In this document: piece after piece, positions 1 through 7,991 of the stretch | Numbering within the stretch: position 1 is the stretch's first letter | Layout: the number at the start of each line of letters is the position of its first letter | Virus record (IMG/VR): IMGVR_UViG_3300037479_000356 | Span: 1 to 24,551 of that record | DNA length: 24,551 nt | Origin: a virus | Lineage: Duplodnaviria > Caudoviricetes | Direction: 5' to 3' (one strand) | Translations under genes and position numbers: made by a program | Notes under the pieces: generated by a model | The model's database searches: none | What the model was told of the DNA's origin: nothing | What the model saw: the letters and a program-made list of their open reading frames with translations, nothing else

Positions 1-300
<300 letters not shown>

Positions 301-302
301 CC

Positions 303-575
303 ATGGCCGTAATGATGCCCAAAAAGAAAAAGAACCTTTCCACCCCTTCTCAGGCTGAGCCTGAAACGCTGGAAGAAGCCAGCGAGGAGGGAGTGCCGGA
401 GGAAAACCAAACCGCTAAGCCTGCCTCGCCGAAAAAAGTAAAGGTCACTTCCGCCGACCAACTGCGCAGCATCTACAAGAAAAAGTTTGGTAAAAAATCA
501 GCCGCGGTGGAAGCGGAAGGCGATACGCTCGAGGGCGAGGACGAGGACTACAAAAAGCTCGGGAAGATGAACTAA
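303..575 (+). CDS. Small charged (Lys/Glu-rich) hypothetical protein
   Basis: 90 aa ORF, GAGGAG SD upstream, TAATG overlap with a following ATG. Confidence 0.65.
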   Translation: MAVMMPKKKKNLSTPSQAEPETLEEASEEGVPEENQTAKPASPKKVKVTSADQLRSIYKKKFGKKSAAVEAEGDTLEGEDEDYKKLGKMN

Positions 576-659
576 TGCCGTCCGCCTGGGCAAAAGTTCG
601 GCCTTACGCGGAGATCGGCCCGGCCCAGCCGGAGATTCGTTCGCCAAGACCAGCGCCTC

Positions 660-1304
660 TTGTCTTCTTTAGGGCTAGGGGAACCCGTAGAGCCAGGCAT
701 TGAACCATCGGTTGGCATTGGCGATGTGGCCGCCTTTCTCACTCCGGCCCAATCGGGCTCAGCTTGGCTCAACTTGGCCAAGCGTTTTCTCGCCGAAGAA
801 CAGGGCAGCGCCAAAATAGCCCGCAAGCTCGCCATGGCTCCGCCCAAACTGAAAAACGCCGATCCCATCACCCAAAAGGCTTTTGAGGAAGTCATCCGAC
901 GGAAGGCGGAAGAGGGCCGCCGGATAAGGAAGCCGTCAGCCTACGTTGACGAAGAAGCCCAATGGATTAACTCCAGACCGTCGGGCTATTGGCCCGAACA
1001 GTCCATGGGGCATAGCATCCCCCTGAAAGAGCGCCACCCGCGGAAAAGCGCCGCCCAGGACGAAGATGAGCTACAAAAAGAAATGGTCAAACTCATGGAA
1101 CCTGATATTCCTTTTAACGACACTAGGTATAACGACATTAGGTTCCTTGGCCCTGATTCTAGCTTTTGGCAGAACCTATATAAAAGAGAACTGCCCGCCA
1201 CTCATCCAGAATACCGCAAACCAATTTTTACGTCGGCAGATCCATCAGATACGGATGTCTTGGTAGAGATAATTTTGAACGGAGGTCGTCGTAAGAAAAA
1301 ATAA
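660..1304 (+). CDS. Hypothetical protein; true start uncertain (possibly ATG 575 with a frameshift)
   Basis: 214 aa ORF from TTG with no SD; converges on the RNA cluster. Confidence 0.6.
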   Translation: MSSLGLGEPVEPGIEPSVGIGDVAAFLTPAQSGSAWLNLAKRFLAEEQGSAKIARKLAMAPPKLKNADPITQKAFEEVIRRKAEEGRRIRKPSAYVDEEAQWINSRPSGYWPEQSMGHSIPLKERHPRKSAAQDEDELQKEMVKLMEPDIPFNDTRYNDIRFLGPDSSFWQNLYKRELPATHPEYRKPIFTSADPSDTDVLVEIILNGGRRKKK

Positions 1305-1305
1305 A

Positions 1306-1421
1306 CGGCGGGGGTGAAGGATTCGAACCTTCGGCTGCCGAACACTGCCTGGCCAGTATCGCTCGGTAGTCTCTGCCTGGTTAGGTTTCGTCCAAGGCGC
1401 CACTCTCACCCAACCCCCACC
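1306..1421 (-). ncRNA. tRNA-like structured RNA (non-canonical)
   Basis: Minus strand: canonical T-arm GAAGG-TTCGAAT-CCTTC followed by ACCCCCGCC pairing with 5' GGTGGGGGT; D-arm-like TGGGTGAG..AGTGG..CGAAACC; long internal hairpin; no standard 7-nt anticodon loop. Confidence 0.5.
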
Positions 1422-1471
1422 ACAAATTGACGGGGCCCCAGTCCCCGCTAGAAGACAGGGGCCCTAGCCGA

Positions 1472-2080
1472 CTAAGGTGCGATTGCCCCCGTCGAAGACT
1501 GTGAGGGCGGAGTGGGACTCGAACCCACTTCTTCGGGTTTGCAAGCCGACGCCTCACCCTCTGGCTCCCCGCCCTTATACCCTTCGGGGACTGCGACCCC
1601 CTCCGGCAAGTCCTTCATCTTGGGAAGTCCCAGAATCATAAAATCAAGAGCCCTGAGTGTGGCCGCCGAAAGGCGAGCGTGCTCGAGGTGAGCCAAGGGG
1701 ATGCGCTCGAGCGGCAGCACGACCTTCGTATCGAAGAGCTCGATCATCTCTTTGTCGTGCCGCTCCTGGGCGTCGGGGGCGTTCCACTCGAATTTCTTCT
1801 CGTCCCACCCCTTGGGCCGTCCATCCGCGCCTTTGTTCGTGTACTTCTCGAGGATTGCCGTCGCCATGCCGGTCATGTTCCTGTCGTGGCGGCCGACGAG
1901 CTCGCAGAGCTGCATCACCCGGCCCGCGGTGGAAGCCGGTAGGCCCTGGGCGTGGTAGAGCTTCCACAAGTGCCCGTCGAAATCGGGCGTGTTGTTGAGT
2001 AGCCGATAGGTGAACACGACGGGGTTTTTGGCTTTCGACCCCTCGTGGAACTTAACTTGTCCTTGTCCGTGACGGTTCAT
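1472..2080 (-). CDS. Hypothetical protein whose C-terminal codons overlap tRNA-Cys
   Basis: About 202 aa; ATG 2080 overlaps the upstream stop (ATGA) and has a GGGGAG SD; strong GC3 codon bias. Confidence 0.7.
   Translation of the reverse strand: MNRHGQGQVKFHEGSKAKNPVVFTYRLLNNTPDFDGHLWKLYHAQGLPASTAGRVMQLCELVGRHDRNMTGMATAILEKYTNKGADGRPKGWDEKKFEWNAPDAQERHDKEMIELFDTKVVLPLERIPLAHLEHARLSAATLRALDFMILGLPKMKDLPEGVAVPEGYKGGEPEGEASACKPEEVGSSPTPPSQSSTGAIAP
1504..1574 (-). tRNA. tRNA-Cys(GCA), slightly degenerate
   Basis: Acceptor GGGCGGG/TCCGCCC, U73 discriminator (Cys identity), D-arm GCC..GGC, anticodon loop TT-GCA-AA, T-arm GTGGG-TTCGAGT-CCCAC. Deviations: G8, C31:C39 mismatch, no encoded CCA. Confidence 0.8.
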
Positions 2081-2412
2081 TCTCCCCACTGATCCCTCCT
2101 GGTAGTATTCGGGTGTGCGCCCTGAGCCACACGTCGAAGCGCGCTGACCACGGCGGTAAGGTTACTCGGGCGCAGGACGAACGCCATGCCTCCGGCCCTT
2201 TTAATAGCTTTGAGCTTGTACTCCTGGAGGGGGTGGAGCTCGCCATCTTCCGTCTTAAGCTCCACTCCAGCAAAAAATCCACGCACACACAGAATTTTAT
2301 CAGGAGTGCCTCTAATAGAGATTTGCTGAATGCTCTCTGCCCACAGGCCCGACATCTCTTTGATCTGCTCGTCGAATTGCTCACGGATTAACGTCTCCGG
2401 TTTTTTAGCCAT
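2077..2412 (-). CDS. VRR-NUC / PD-(D/E)xK nuclease (putative resolvase)
   Basis: Motifs E..I, GTPD, VELK, L.PLQ, AGG.AFV typical of phage VRR-NUC; start at MAKKPE with GGAG SD. Confidence 0.85.
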   Translation of the reverse strand: MAKKPETLIREQFDEQIKEMSGLWAESIQQISIRGTPDKILCVRGFFAGVELKTEDGELHPLQEYKLKAIKRAGGMAFVLRPSNLTAVVSALRRVAQGAHPNTTRRDQWGE

Positions 2413-2593
2413 TTTTGTTCTCCATGTCCAAACTCGCCAAAGCGGCCACGCAAAAAGAATCCACCGCAACAAAAAGATAGAGAAACCCAACTTCCAACGG
2501 ACTCGTTTCTGGCTTGGCGTACCAGGCATAGATGGCTAAACCCAAAAAGAGAAACGCCGTCGCTAGAAATAAGTAAATCTTGAGTTTCACCAT
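2405..2593 (-). CDS. Small two-TM membrane protein
   Basis: 62 aa with two hydrophobic stretches; overlaps both neighbours; GGAGG SD. Confidence 0.6.
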   Translation of the reverse strand: MVKLKIYLFLATAFLFLGLAIYAWYAKPETSPLEVGFLYLFVAVDSFCVAALASLDMENKNG

Positions 2594-2934
2594 TTTGCTC
2601 TAACCTCCCGGTAGTGGATAGTCACTCGCTCACCATCAAAAATTCGCACGAATTCTTTCCCCCGAAGCCCCATGATGAGGTTGTTCAGCCAATCAGCTAC
2701 ACTGCGGAAGCCCTCTCTCCTGGCCGTCCGGCTGACCCACAGCCGGTTGGGTAAATGGAGTGAGGTCAATATCGCCTGTTCGATTGGTGCGCTCCAAGAC
2801 ACTGATGCCGAAGGGCGATTCGGCTTTTTCTTTTTCGAGCTCGAATTCCTTGATTTCCTTCCACCACATTTTTGAGGTGCCTTCCCATCGGTACTTCCTG
2901 GCTTTCGCGAGTTCTCTTTGTTCATAGGTTGCAA
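2587..2934 (-). CDS. Hypothetical protein, possibly a small DNA-binding protein; start uncertain (may be TTG 2769)
   Basis: Fills the gap between the exonuclease and membrane protein; ARREGFRSVADWLNNLI resembles ribbon-helix-helix helices; the upstream part overlaps the exonuclease. Confidence 0.4.
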   Translation of the reverse strand: MQPMNKENSRKPGSTDGKAPQKCGGRKSRNSSSKKKKPNRPSASVSWSAPIEQAILTSLHLPNRLWVSRTARREGFRSVADWLNNLIMGLRGKEFVRIFDGERVTIHYREVRAKW

Positions 2935-3499
2935 GCGCCCTTATCTTTACCGTTGGTGCAATGGCGTTTTGGATGACTGCGGTGAGATCGTACTTAGAAA
3001 GGATATAGAGCATCGTCAGGACGTCAAACGCTGCGCGGTGCGGGAACGGATTCAAGAATCCGTGCTCGGCAGCCAGATGCACGAGCTTTCTCGTCGTCAT
3101 CTGCTCCGGGTATGGCACGTCGGTCATCGTGTCGATCCAAATCTTCTTCTCCCCCATTGGCTCGAGCCCCAAGCGCTCGGCCTCCTGCTTCCAGAGGGGC
3201 TTGTCGAAATTGGTGCCGTTGTGGGCACAGATAGCGTCGGCCTGTCCGGCCAATTTGTTCAACTGGTCGATGGCTTCTTCGTCTTTCAGGCCATACTCCC
3301 TGACAACTCGAGCGGGGATGTGGTGAGAGAGCTCGGCCATCGGATGCATCGACCAGTCACCAAATGGGTAAACCAGGCGATTGAAAATCTGGATCGGCAT
3401 CTTCAAGTCCCAATCGAAGAGAACGGCCCCGATTTCGACGATGCGACAATCGGGGCCTAGAAGAGAGGAGCTTTCGAAGTCTACTCCGAGGAGTTTCAC
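2693..3499 (-). CDS. DEDDh 3'-5' exonuclease (DnaQ/Pol III epsilon-like) with small C-terminal domain
   Basis: ExoI GVDFESS, ExoII AHNGTNFD, WIDT, ExoIII HRAAFD; C-terminal ELAKARKYRWE..K.WW. Confidence 0.88.
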   Translation of the reverse strand: MKLLGVDFESSSLLGPDCRIVEIGAVLFDWDLKMPIQIFNRLVYPFGDWSMHPMAELSHHIPARVVREYGLKDEEAIDQLNKLAGQADAICAHNGTNFDKPLWKQEAERLGLEPMGEKKIWIDTMTDVPYPEQMTTRKLVHLAAEHGFLNPFPHRAAFDVLTMLYILSKYDLTAVIQNAIAPTVKIRALATYEQRELAKARKYRWEGTSKMWWKEIKEFELEKEKAESPFGISVLERTNRTGDIDLTPFTQPAVGQPDGQERGLPQCS

Positions 3500-3500
3500 T

Positions 3501-3860
3501 TCAGCGTCTCACGAATGACTTGACGATCGCAAAGAACAGAAAATCCTTTTGCTGTTGCCAAGCGGGTAGTTCTTGGAAGGAAACCATGCATGGATGCTCT
3601 TTCTTCTCAGCATTCTTCACCGGCCCATACTTCCATCCTTCAGCGAGCTTTTGCTCAAGCCAGCTCATGTGGTTCTGTTGTGGTTCGGTGACTTGGCCAG
3701 AGAGAATCTTTTGTACGCCAAGGCAGGCCGAGTCGCGCTGCCAAGAGGGAGCCTCATCCCACGGCTTGTGCGAATCATCGCCTTGGGTCTGGCAAAACTT
3801 GCGGTTCGCCTCATGACAGATGCTTGCAATCATCACTTCGTAATCGGCATACGGACTCAT
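3501..3860 (-). CDS. RyR (ryanodine receptor repeat) domain phage protein
   Basis: H.SW...K.AEGWKYGPVKNAEKKEHPCMV.F.ELP..QQ.KD.LF signature; ATGA coupling with the upstream gene. Confidence 0.85.
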   Translation of the reverse strand: MSPYADYEVMIASICHEANRKFCQTQGDDSHKPWDEAPSWQRDSACLGVQKILSGQVTEPQQNHMSWLEQKLAEGWKYGPVKNAEKKEHPCMVSFQELPAWQQQKDFLFFAIVKSFVRR

Positions 3861-4132
3861 GCTTGGCTCCCTTCGTTGACCTGCTGATGTGACCTTCGGG
3901 CGGCACGTCCCAACTGTGAATCTCGGATGGCTTTTCCGATCCACATATAGCACTCCTCTAGCTTAGTGAGCGCGAGCGACTTGGCGCGACCGACACTGTC
4001 CTGATGACCTGGCCCCGCGGGCGGAAACTCCATGTTGATGATTTTCTCCAGGCCCTCGACGGCCACCTTGAATTTGGCCGACTGCTCGACGGCGAAATTA
4101 TCGTACTGCACGTAATCAAAACGTCCGGACAT
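3857..4132 (-). CDS. Acb2/Tad1-like cyclic-nucleotide sponge candidate
   Basis: 91 aa helical protein with RAKSLALTKLEECYMWIGKAI, matching the R..(S/A)LA.TKL(E/Q)E..MW...A motif of the Acb2/Tad1 hairpin. Confidence 0.7.
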   Translation of the reverse strand: MSGRFDYVQYDNFAVEQSAKFKVAVEGLEKIINMEFPPAGPGHQDSVGRAKSLALTKLEECYMWIGKAIRDSQLGRAARRSHQQVNEGSQA

Positions 4133-4146
4133 CACTACCCCCAATA

Positions 4147-4195
4147 CAAGCGTCCCACACAGGGCACGGCCCCATTGCCGCACCCCGGTTGGGTT
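4147..4195 (-). promoter_or_regulatory. GC-rich hairpin between the SSB-like gene and the Acb2-like gene
   Basis: Minus strand GGGGTGCGGC-AATGGG-GCCGTGCCCT stem with G-U pairs plus outer CCCA/TGGG; no clear U tail. Confidence 0.4.
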
Positions 4196-4201
4196 TCAAG
4201 T

Positions 4202-4978
4202 TTAGAAAGGCACCTGGTCTTCGCCAGGTTCCTTTGCCACGTCTTCGTCCTCGTCGACCTTCACTTTCGAGGTCTTGAGCGTCTGGTACCACTTGTAGGC
4301 AGTAGCGAGCTCCTCTTTGGTCGAAGCACGTTCTTCGACAAAATTGAATACGAACCAGGTCTTATCGCCCTTAACCTTCTCGTGGCACGAGAGGGAGAAC
4401 ACCTTCGAAGCGGGCGGCACTTTCTTCATCTGGCATTCGGTAAAATAGGTGCTCATCTGCTTGCCAGTGTTGAAACTCGTCTTCCTGAACGACAGTAAGA
4501 AGGGTAGCCCGTCCATGTACTCGGGTGAAATGACAAAGTAATCGAGGCACAGGGTACGCCTCGTGTTGACCCCATTTACGAGGCATAGCCGTTGCTCCTT
4601 GCTCTCCCAATTGGAATTTTGGATGGACCATGCCACGCGCTCTTTGAACGTCCAGGTGCCGGGCGTGAGCTCTTCGTCGACAATCCAAATCTTGGCAGCC
4701 AGCATGATGGGGATGATGGGCACACCCTTCTTGTCGTCGCCAAGCTTCTTCTTCGTCGTCGAGTGAACGATGTCGCCTGCGACCAGGCCAATCCGTTGCT
4801 TCACGAAATCGGATAGACCCTGCATCAAGAGCAGACGCGGAATGACGATATCGTGCGCGTCCACCCCTTCCGCCCCCCAGCTTCCCGACATCTCGGCCGG
4901 GAGATTTTCGGATGGGGGCTGGGGGATGGGCATTTTCGCGTTGACGGCGTTTTTATTTTCGATTGCTACTTGTTCCAT
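4202..4978 (-). CDS. Phage single-stranded DNA binding/annealing-like protein
   Basis: DIVIPRLLLMQGLS N-terminal motif seen in phage replication modules, acidic tail ending EDQVPF (SSB-type DxPF tail); SD before MEQVA. Confidence 0.65.
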   Translation of the reverse strand: MEQVAIENKNAVNAKMPIPQPPSENLPAEMSGSWGAEGVDAHDIVIPRLLLMQGLSDFVKQRIGLVAGDIVHSTTKKKLGDDKKGVPIIPIMLAAKIWIVDEELTPGTWTFKERVAWSIQNSNWESKEQRLCLVNGVNTRRTLCLDYFVISPEYMDGLPFLLSFRKTSFNTGKQMSTYFTECQMKKVPPASKVFSLSCHEKVKGDKTWFVFNFVEERASTKEELATAYKWYQTLKTSKVKVDEDEDVAKEPGEDQVPF

Positions 4979-4997
4979 TGGCTCTTTCCTCTTTTTC

Positions 4998-5465
4998 TCA
5001 TTTTTTGAATTGGACATCTTCGAACATGGTCGGGGGTTCAATCCCTGGCATGCTGAAACTTTCGCCTGCGTCTTTGGCTTGCTCGAGCCGCTCGTTATAC
5101 AGGCTATTGAGAGTGCGGCTATTGACCGTGATGAGCTCGTCGAAAATCCCTTCCGTCTTAAGAAATTCGAAAAACTGAGCTCGAGAGGATTCATCTTTCG
5201 GTACCCTCACGGAATAAGTCTTTTTCGTGAAAATGGTGCCCAATTTTGATTGGTACTTGGGCAACTGAAAATGGGCCAAATAGGTGAGAAGTTTTCCTTT
5301 GACGTTTCTTAAGGACTCTTGTACTTCCTTTTCTTCGTCAGCGAGCTCTTTGATGCGCTCGCGGAGGCGGAAGCCCTGGGCCGCCAGATCTTCCATCATG
5401 GCAAGGGTTACCTCGTCGGCCTTGGGCGCCTCTTCAGTACCCCACGACCGGTTCTCTTCGCTCAT
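4998..5465 (-). CDS. Conserved phage coiled-coil replication/recombination-module protein
   Basis: N-terminal coiled coil, then F.FL...G..D.LITVN..TL.S and PGI motifs; GGAG SD; lies between helicase and SSB-like gene. Confidence 0.7.
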   Translation of the reverse strand: MSEENRSWGTEEAPKADEVTLAMMEDLAAQGFRLRERIKELADEEKEVQESLRNVKGKLLTYLAHFQLPKYQSKLGTIFTKKTYSVRVPKDESSRAQFFEFLKTEGIFDELITVNSRTLNSLYNERLEQAKDAGESFSMPGIEPPTMFEDVQFKK

Positions 5466-5490
5466 AATTTCTCCGTGTAGGGAAAATGGT

Positions 5491-5682
5491 CTATGTCGAT
5501 TTCTTTCCCGTCAAGAAATAATCGACGAAGCCAACGATAAACAAACGAGCCTGTCTTGCGATTTTTCGAGCTGATTTCCCCTGCCGCCGCATAGCAATAA
5601 ATTTAGCCGGAGGTGCCCCAAGCGAAGCTGGCACGTGATGGGCGGGCGCTCCGCATTCAAAGCATTTAAAGGCGTGGCTCAC
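5491..5682 (-). pseudogene. Possible decayed HNH-endonuclease remnant / small ORF
   Basis: Starts CFECGAPAHHVPASLG, like the CxxC..HH.VP.S.GG front half of HNH; second half missing. Confidence 0.3.
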
Positions 5683-7904
5683 AATTTTGCCTTCAGATTG
5701 CGCAAAAGCTCCTCGGAAACGTTTTGCTTTTGCTGAAGGGCCTCCAAAACCACTTCATCAATGGTGCCCGGAGTTAGAAGATCAATGCGAGTTATCTTGG
5801 AATGTCCCGCCTCTTTGCTTCCGCCCCGATGGTTGCGGCTTTCGGCCTGGAGGTCTTGCTCGAGCGAAAAGTTTCTGCTGTAGAAAATGGAATAGCTCGC
5901 GGCGGTGAGGTTGATTCCGATGCCTCCGGCCTGCTGATTTCCAATAAGAACACGAGTACTAGGATCAGTATTAAATAGGTCAACTGACAAATCTTTGCTC
6001 TTCGCCGAAATGCCCCCATGGACTTCGACATATTTGATTTTGAGTTTTTCACAAACCGTCCGGAGGTCTTTATAGTTCTGGTGAAACACCGCCCAGACGA
6101 TGACCTTGTGGTTGGGGGTGAGCTCCTCGAGGAGCTCTTCGACCGCCTTTAAACGCGGGGTGTCGGTGAAACTCTTCTCGTCGCCAGAATCTAGTTTAAC
6201 GTACCCCGAAACAATTTGCTGTAACCGAAGGGCGTGAGTAATGGCCAAATCAGCCATGCAAGCATCGGAATTGAGAAACGCCACGTAATCGTCGCGCATC
6301 TGCTCGTAGACCCTTTGCTGCTCGGGCAGCATCTCAACCTCACGAGTCACACGAACCAGGGGCGGCAAGTCAAGAGCCTCGGCCTTCGTGACCCTCATGG
6401 CCTTGGCGTAAATCTTCTGGTTCAGTGCGTCCAATGCTCCCGGGCGTATTTCCCATTTCGGAAAGTGAATATTCCGGGGCATCCCGGCGTTACGGTCCCA
6501 GCAATGCCTCGCCCGAAAAACAAAGTAACTTTTTCCAAATGAAGCCCCACGATCGAGTAGGAAAAATTGCGAGAAAATATCCATGGGTGAGTTAGGCGTA
6601 GGCGTTCCAGTAAGAATGAAGTTATGGCGGCTTTGTTCAGCAAGGGCAGCCGCTGCCTTAGTTCGCTTGGCAGTGATGTCTTTGCACTTATGGGACTCGT
6701 CGAAGACAAGGCACTCCGGCCCCCACGCTTTGATGGCTTCATAGAGATCCTTCATGAGAAGCGATTCGTAATTGGTGACAAAAATCGTGTTGTCGCCGGC
6801 AAGGGTTTTGAAAAGCTCTAGCCGCTTCTTCCCAGGGCCGACTAGCGGCACCGAAAAGAACTTTGCGTGTATATGAAATTCTTTTACCCAATTATTGACA
6901 ACGATGGGTGGGCATAAGACAAGCGTTCTCATCCGCTGGCGCCCCGCCTGTTCGAATTTATGCCGGAGGATATTGATGGCCGTGCCGGTCTTGCCGCAGT
7001 TATGCACCACAATACCATTAGCGACAAAATTTCGATGCGGATTGTCGCAAACCAGATCGTAAGTCATTTCCATTCCAATCGGCTCAACCGACTGAACAAT
7101 CCGAAACCCCACCTTGCCATGCTCAAAGTTTTCATATCCCCGGCAATGATGTTGTAGATGAACCTCTTTCGGGAGCCTCTCTAAGTTTTCAATCCGGTTG
7201 TTACGATAGTTCCCATCCCGGTGGTGAATGTGAAATTTCTTCGGATCGGTGAATTGCAAATTGTTTTTAGCGAAAGTCGCTTTTTTAAATTCTTCAAGCG
7301 AGAGCCCATTTTGGTGAGCGTCGAAAATGATTCGATGCACCTCTAACTGAAAAATCTTCTTTCCCCTCAACCTTGTACGGTAACCAAACGGATGAAACGG
7401 CCCAACCTGATTTGTGCCATAACGAGGCTTTGGTGATTTTTTCTTCCGCCTTTTCCGCTGGTGTTTAAATAGGGTATCTATGGCCAAAAAATCTTTGCCA
7501 GGCATCAAAAACCTAGCCGCCACCCAACCCCTTTGCGTCAATAACTCATGATCTTCAGTGACCTTAATTTCGTGGCGCTTGAGCTTGATTCGAAAAACCT
7601 TTTTCTCGCCCTGTCGAAGTACGTTGACAATTCGATTGCGCTGGATGAATTTGCCATTCCAGGATCGGCAGTATGTGGGAATGGTTAAATCAAATCCACG
7701 CTCTCTCGGGGCGAGCCCTACAGAATGAAATTTTCTATAGAGTTCTTCGATCGAGTATTCGCGCGATGCGCCGCCACGATTTACTTTTACTCGGGTCGAC
7801 GATGCGACGCACCCCATCTCAAAAAAAAGAGCGAAGTCCCTCATCCCCTTCGCCCGCTCTATCGCCCGAAGCTGGTGCTCCCACGGCTGAACGTAGTATT
7901 CCAT
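5679..7904 (-). CDS. SNF2-family (SF2) helicase interrupted by an intein
   Basis: Q motif PWEHQ, Walker A FEMG|CGKT (split), LCP, TNYE, VFDESH, LTGTP, QAES RNHRGG (motif VI). Confidence 0.93.
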   Translation of the reverse strand: MEYYVQPWEHQLRAIERAKGMRDFALFFEMGCVASSTRVKVNRGGASREYSIEELYRKFHSVGLAPRERGFDLTIPTYCRSWNGKFIQRNRIVNVLRQGEKKVFRIKLKRHEIKVTEDHELLTQRGWVAARFLMPGKDFLAIDTLFKHQRKRRKKKSPKPRYGTNQVGPFHPFGYRTRLRGKKIFQLEVHRIIFDAHQNGLSLEEFKKATFAKNNLQFTDPKKFHIHHRDGNYRNNRIENLERLPKEVHLQHHCRGYENFEHGKVGFRIVQSVEPIGMEMTYDLVCDNPHRNFVANGIVVHNCGKTGTAINILRHKFEQAGRQRMRTLVLCPPIVVNNWVKEFHIHAKFFSVPLVGPGKKRLELFKTLAGDNTIFVTNYESLLMKDLYEAIKAWGPECLVFDESHKCKDITAKRTKAAAALAEQSRHNFILTGTPTPNSPMDIFSQFFLLDRGASFGKSYFVFRARHCWDRNAGMPRNIHFPKWEIRPGALDALNQKIYAKAMRVTKAEALDLPPLVRVTREVEMLPEQQRVYEQMRDDYVAFLNSDACMADLAITHALRLQQIVSGYVKLDSGDEKSFTDTPRLKAVEELLEELTPNHKVIVWAVFHQNYKDLRTVCEKLKIKYVEVHGGISAKSKDLSVDLFNTDPSTRVLIGNQQAGGIGINLTAASYSIFYSRNFSLEQDLQAESRNHRGGSKEAGHSKITRIDLLTPGTIDEVVLEALQQKQNVSEELLRNLKAKL
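6999..7811 (-). mobile_element. Intein (271 aa) with HNH homing endonuclease
   Basis: Cys1 (CVASSTRV), block B VTEDHELLT, HNH core HHRDGNYRNNRIENL..H..HH, block F TYDLVC..HRNFVANG, terminal VVHN followed by +1 Cys; removal restores EMGCGKT. Confidence 0.92.
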
Positions 7905-7991
7905 TACGAATCCCGGTTAACCCTTTGGTTAAGTGGACCGCGTAATTCCCGCCGTTGAATCGTAGCGGGATGGGTGGTTGGTGGCAATTAG

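Noticed and set aside
1380-1410. Hammerhead ribozyme (TGAGAG...GACGAAAC on the minus strand)
   Set aside because: Core lacks CUGANGA and stem II does not pair convincingly.
1310-1422. Plus-strand tmRNA (GGGGGTGAAGGATTCGA... ending CCCCCACCA)
   Set aside because: No T-arm before the ACCA, no G3-U70 pair, far too short and no tag ORF; G-U pairing and the T-loop favour the minus strand.
2918-5249. Long plus-strand ORFs opposite the replication genes (2918-3460, 4004-4498, 4770-5249)
   Set aside because: Antisense shadows of GC3-biased minus-strand genes that carry recognisable motifs.
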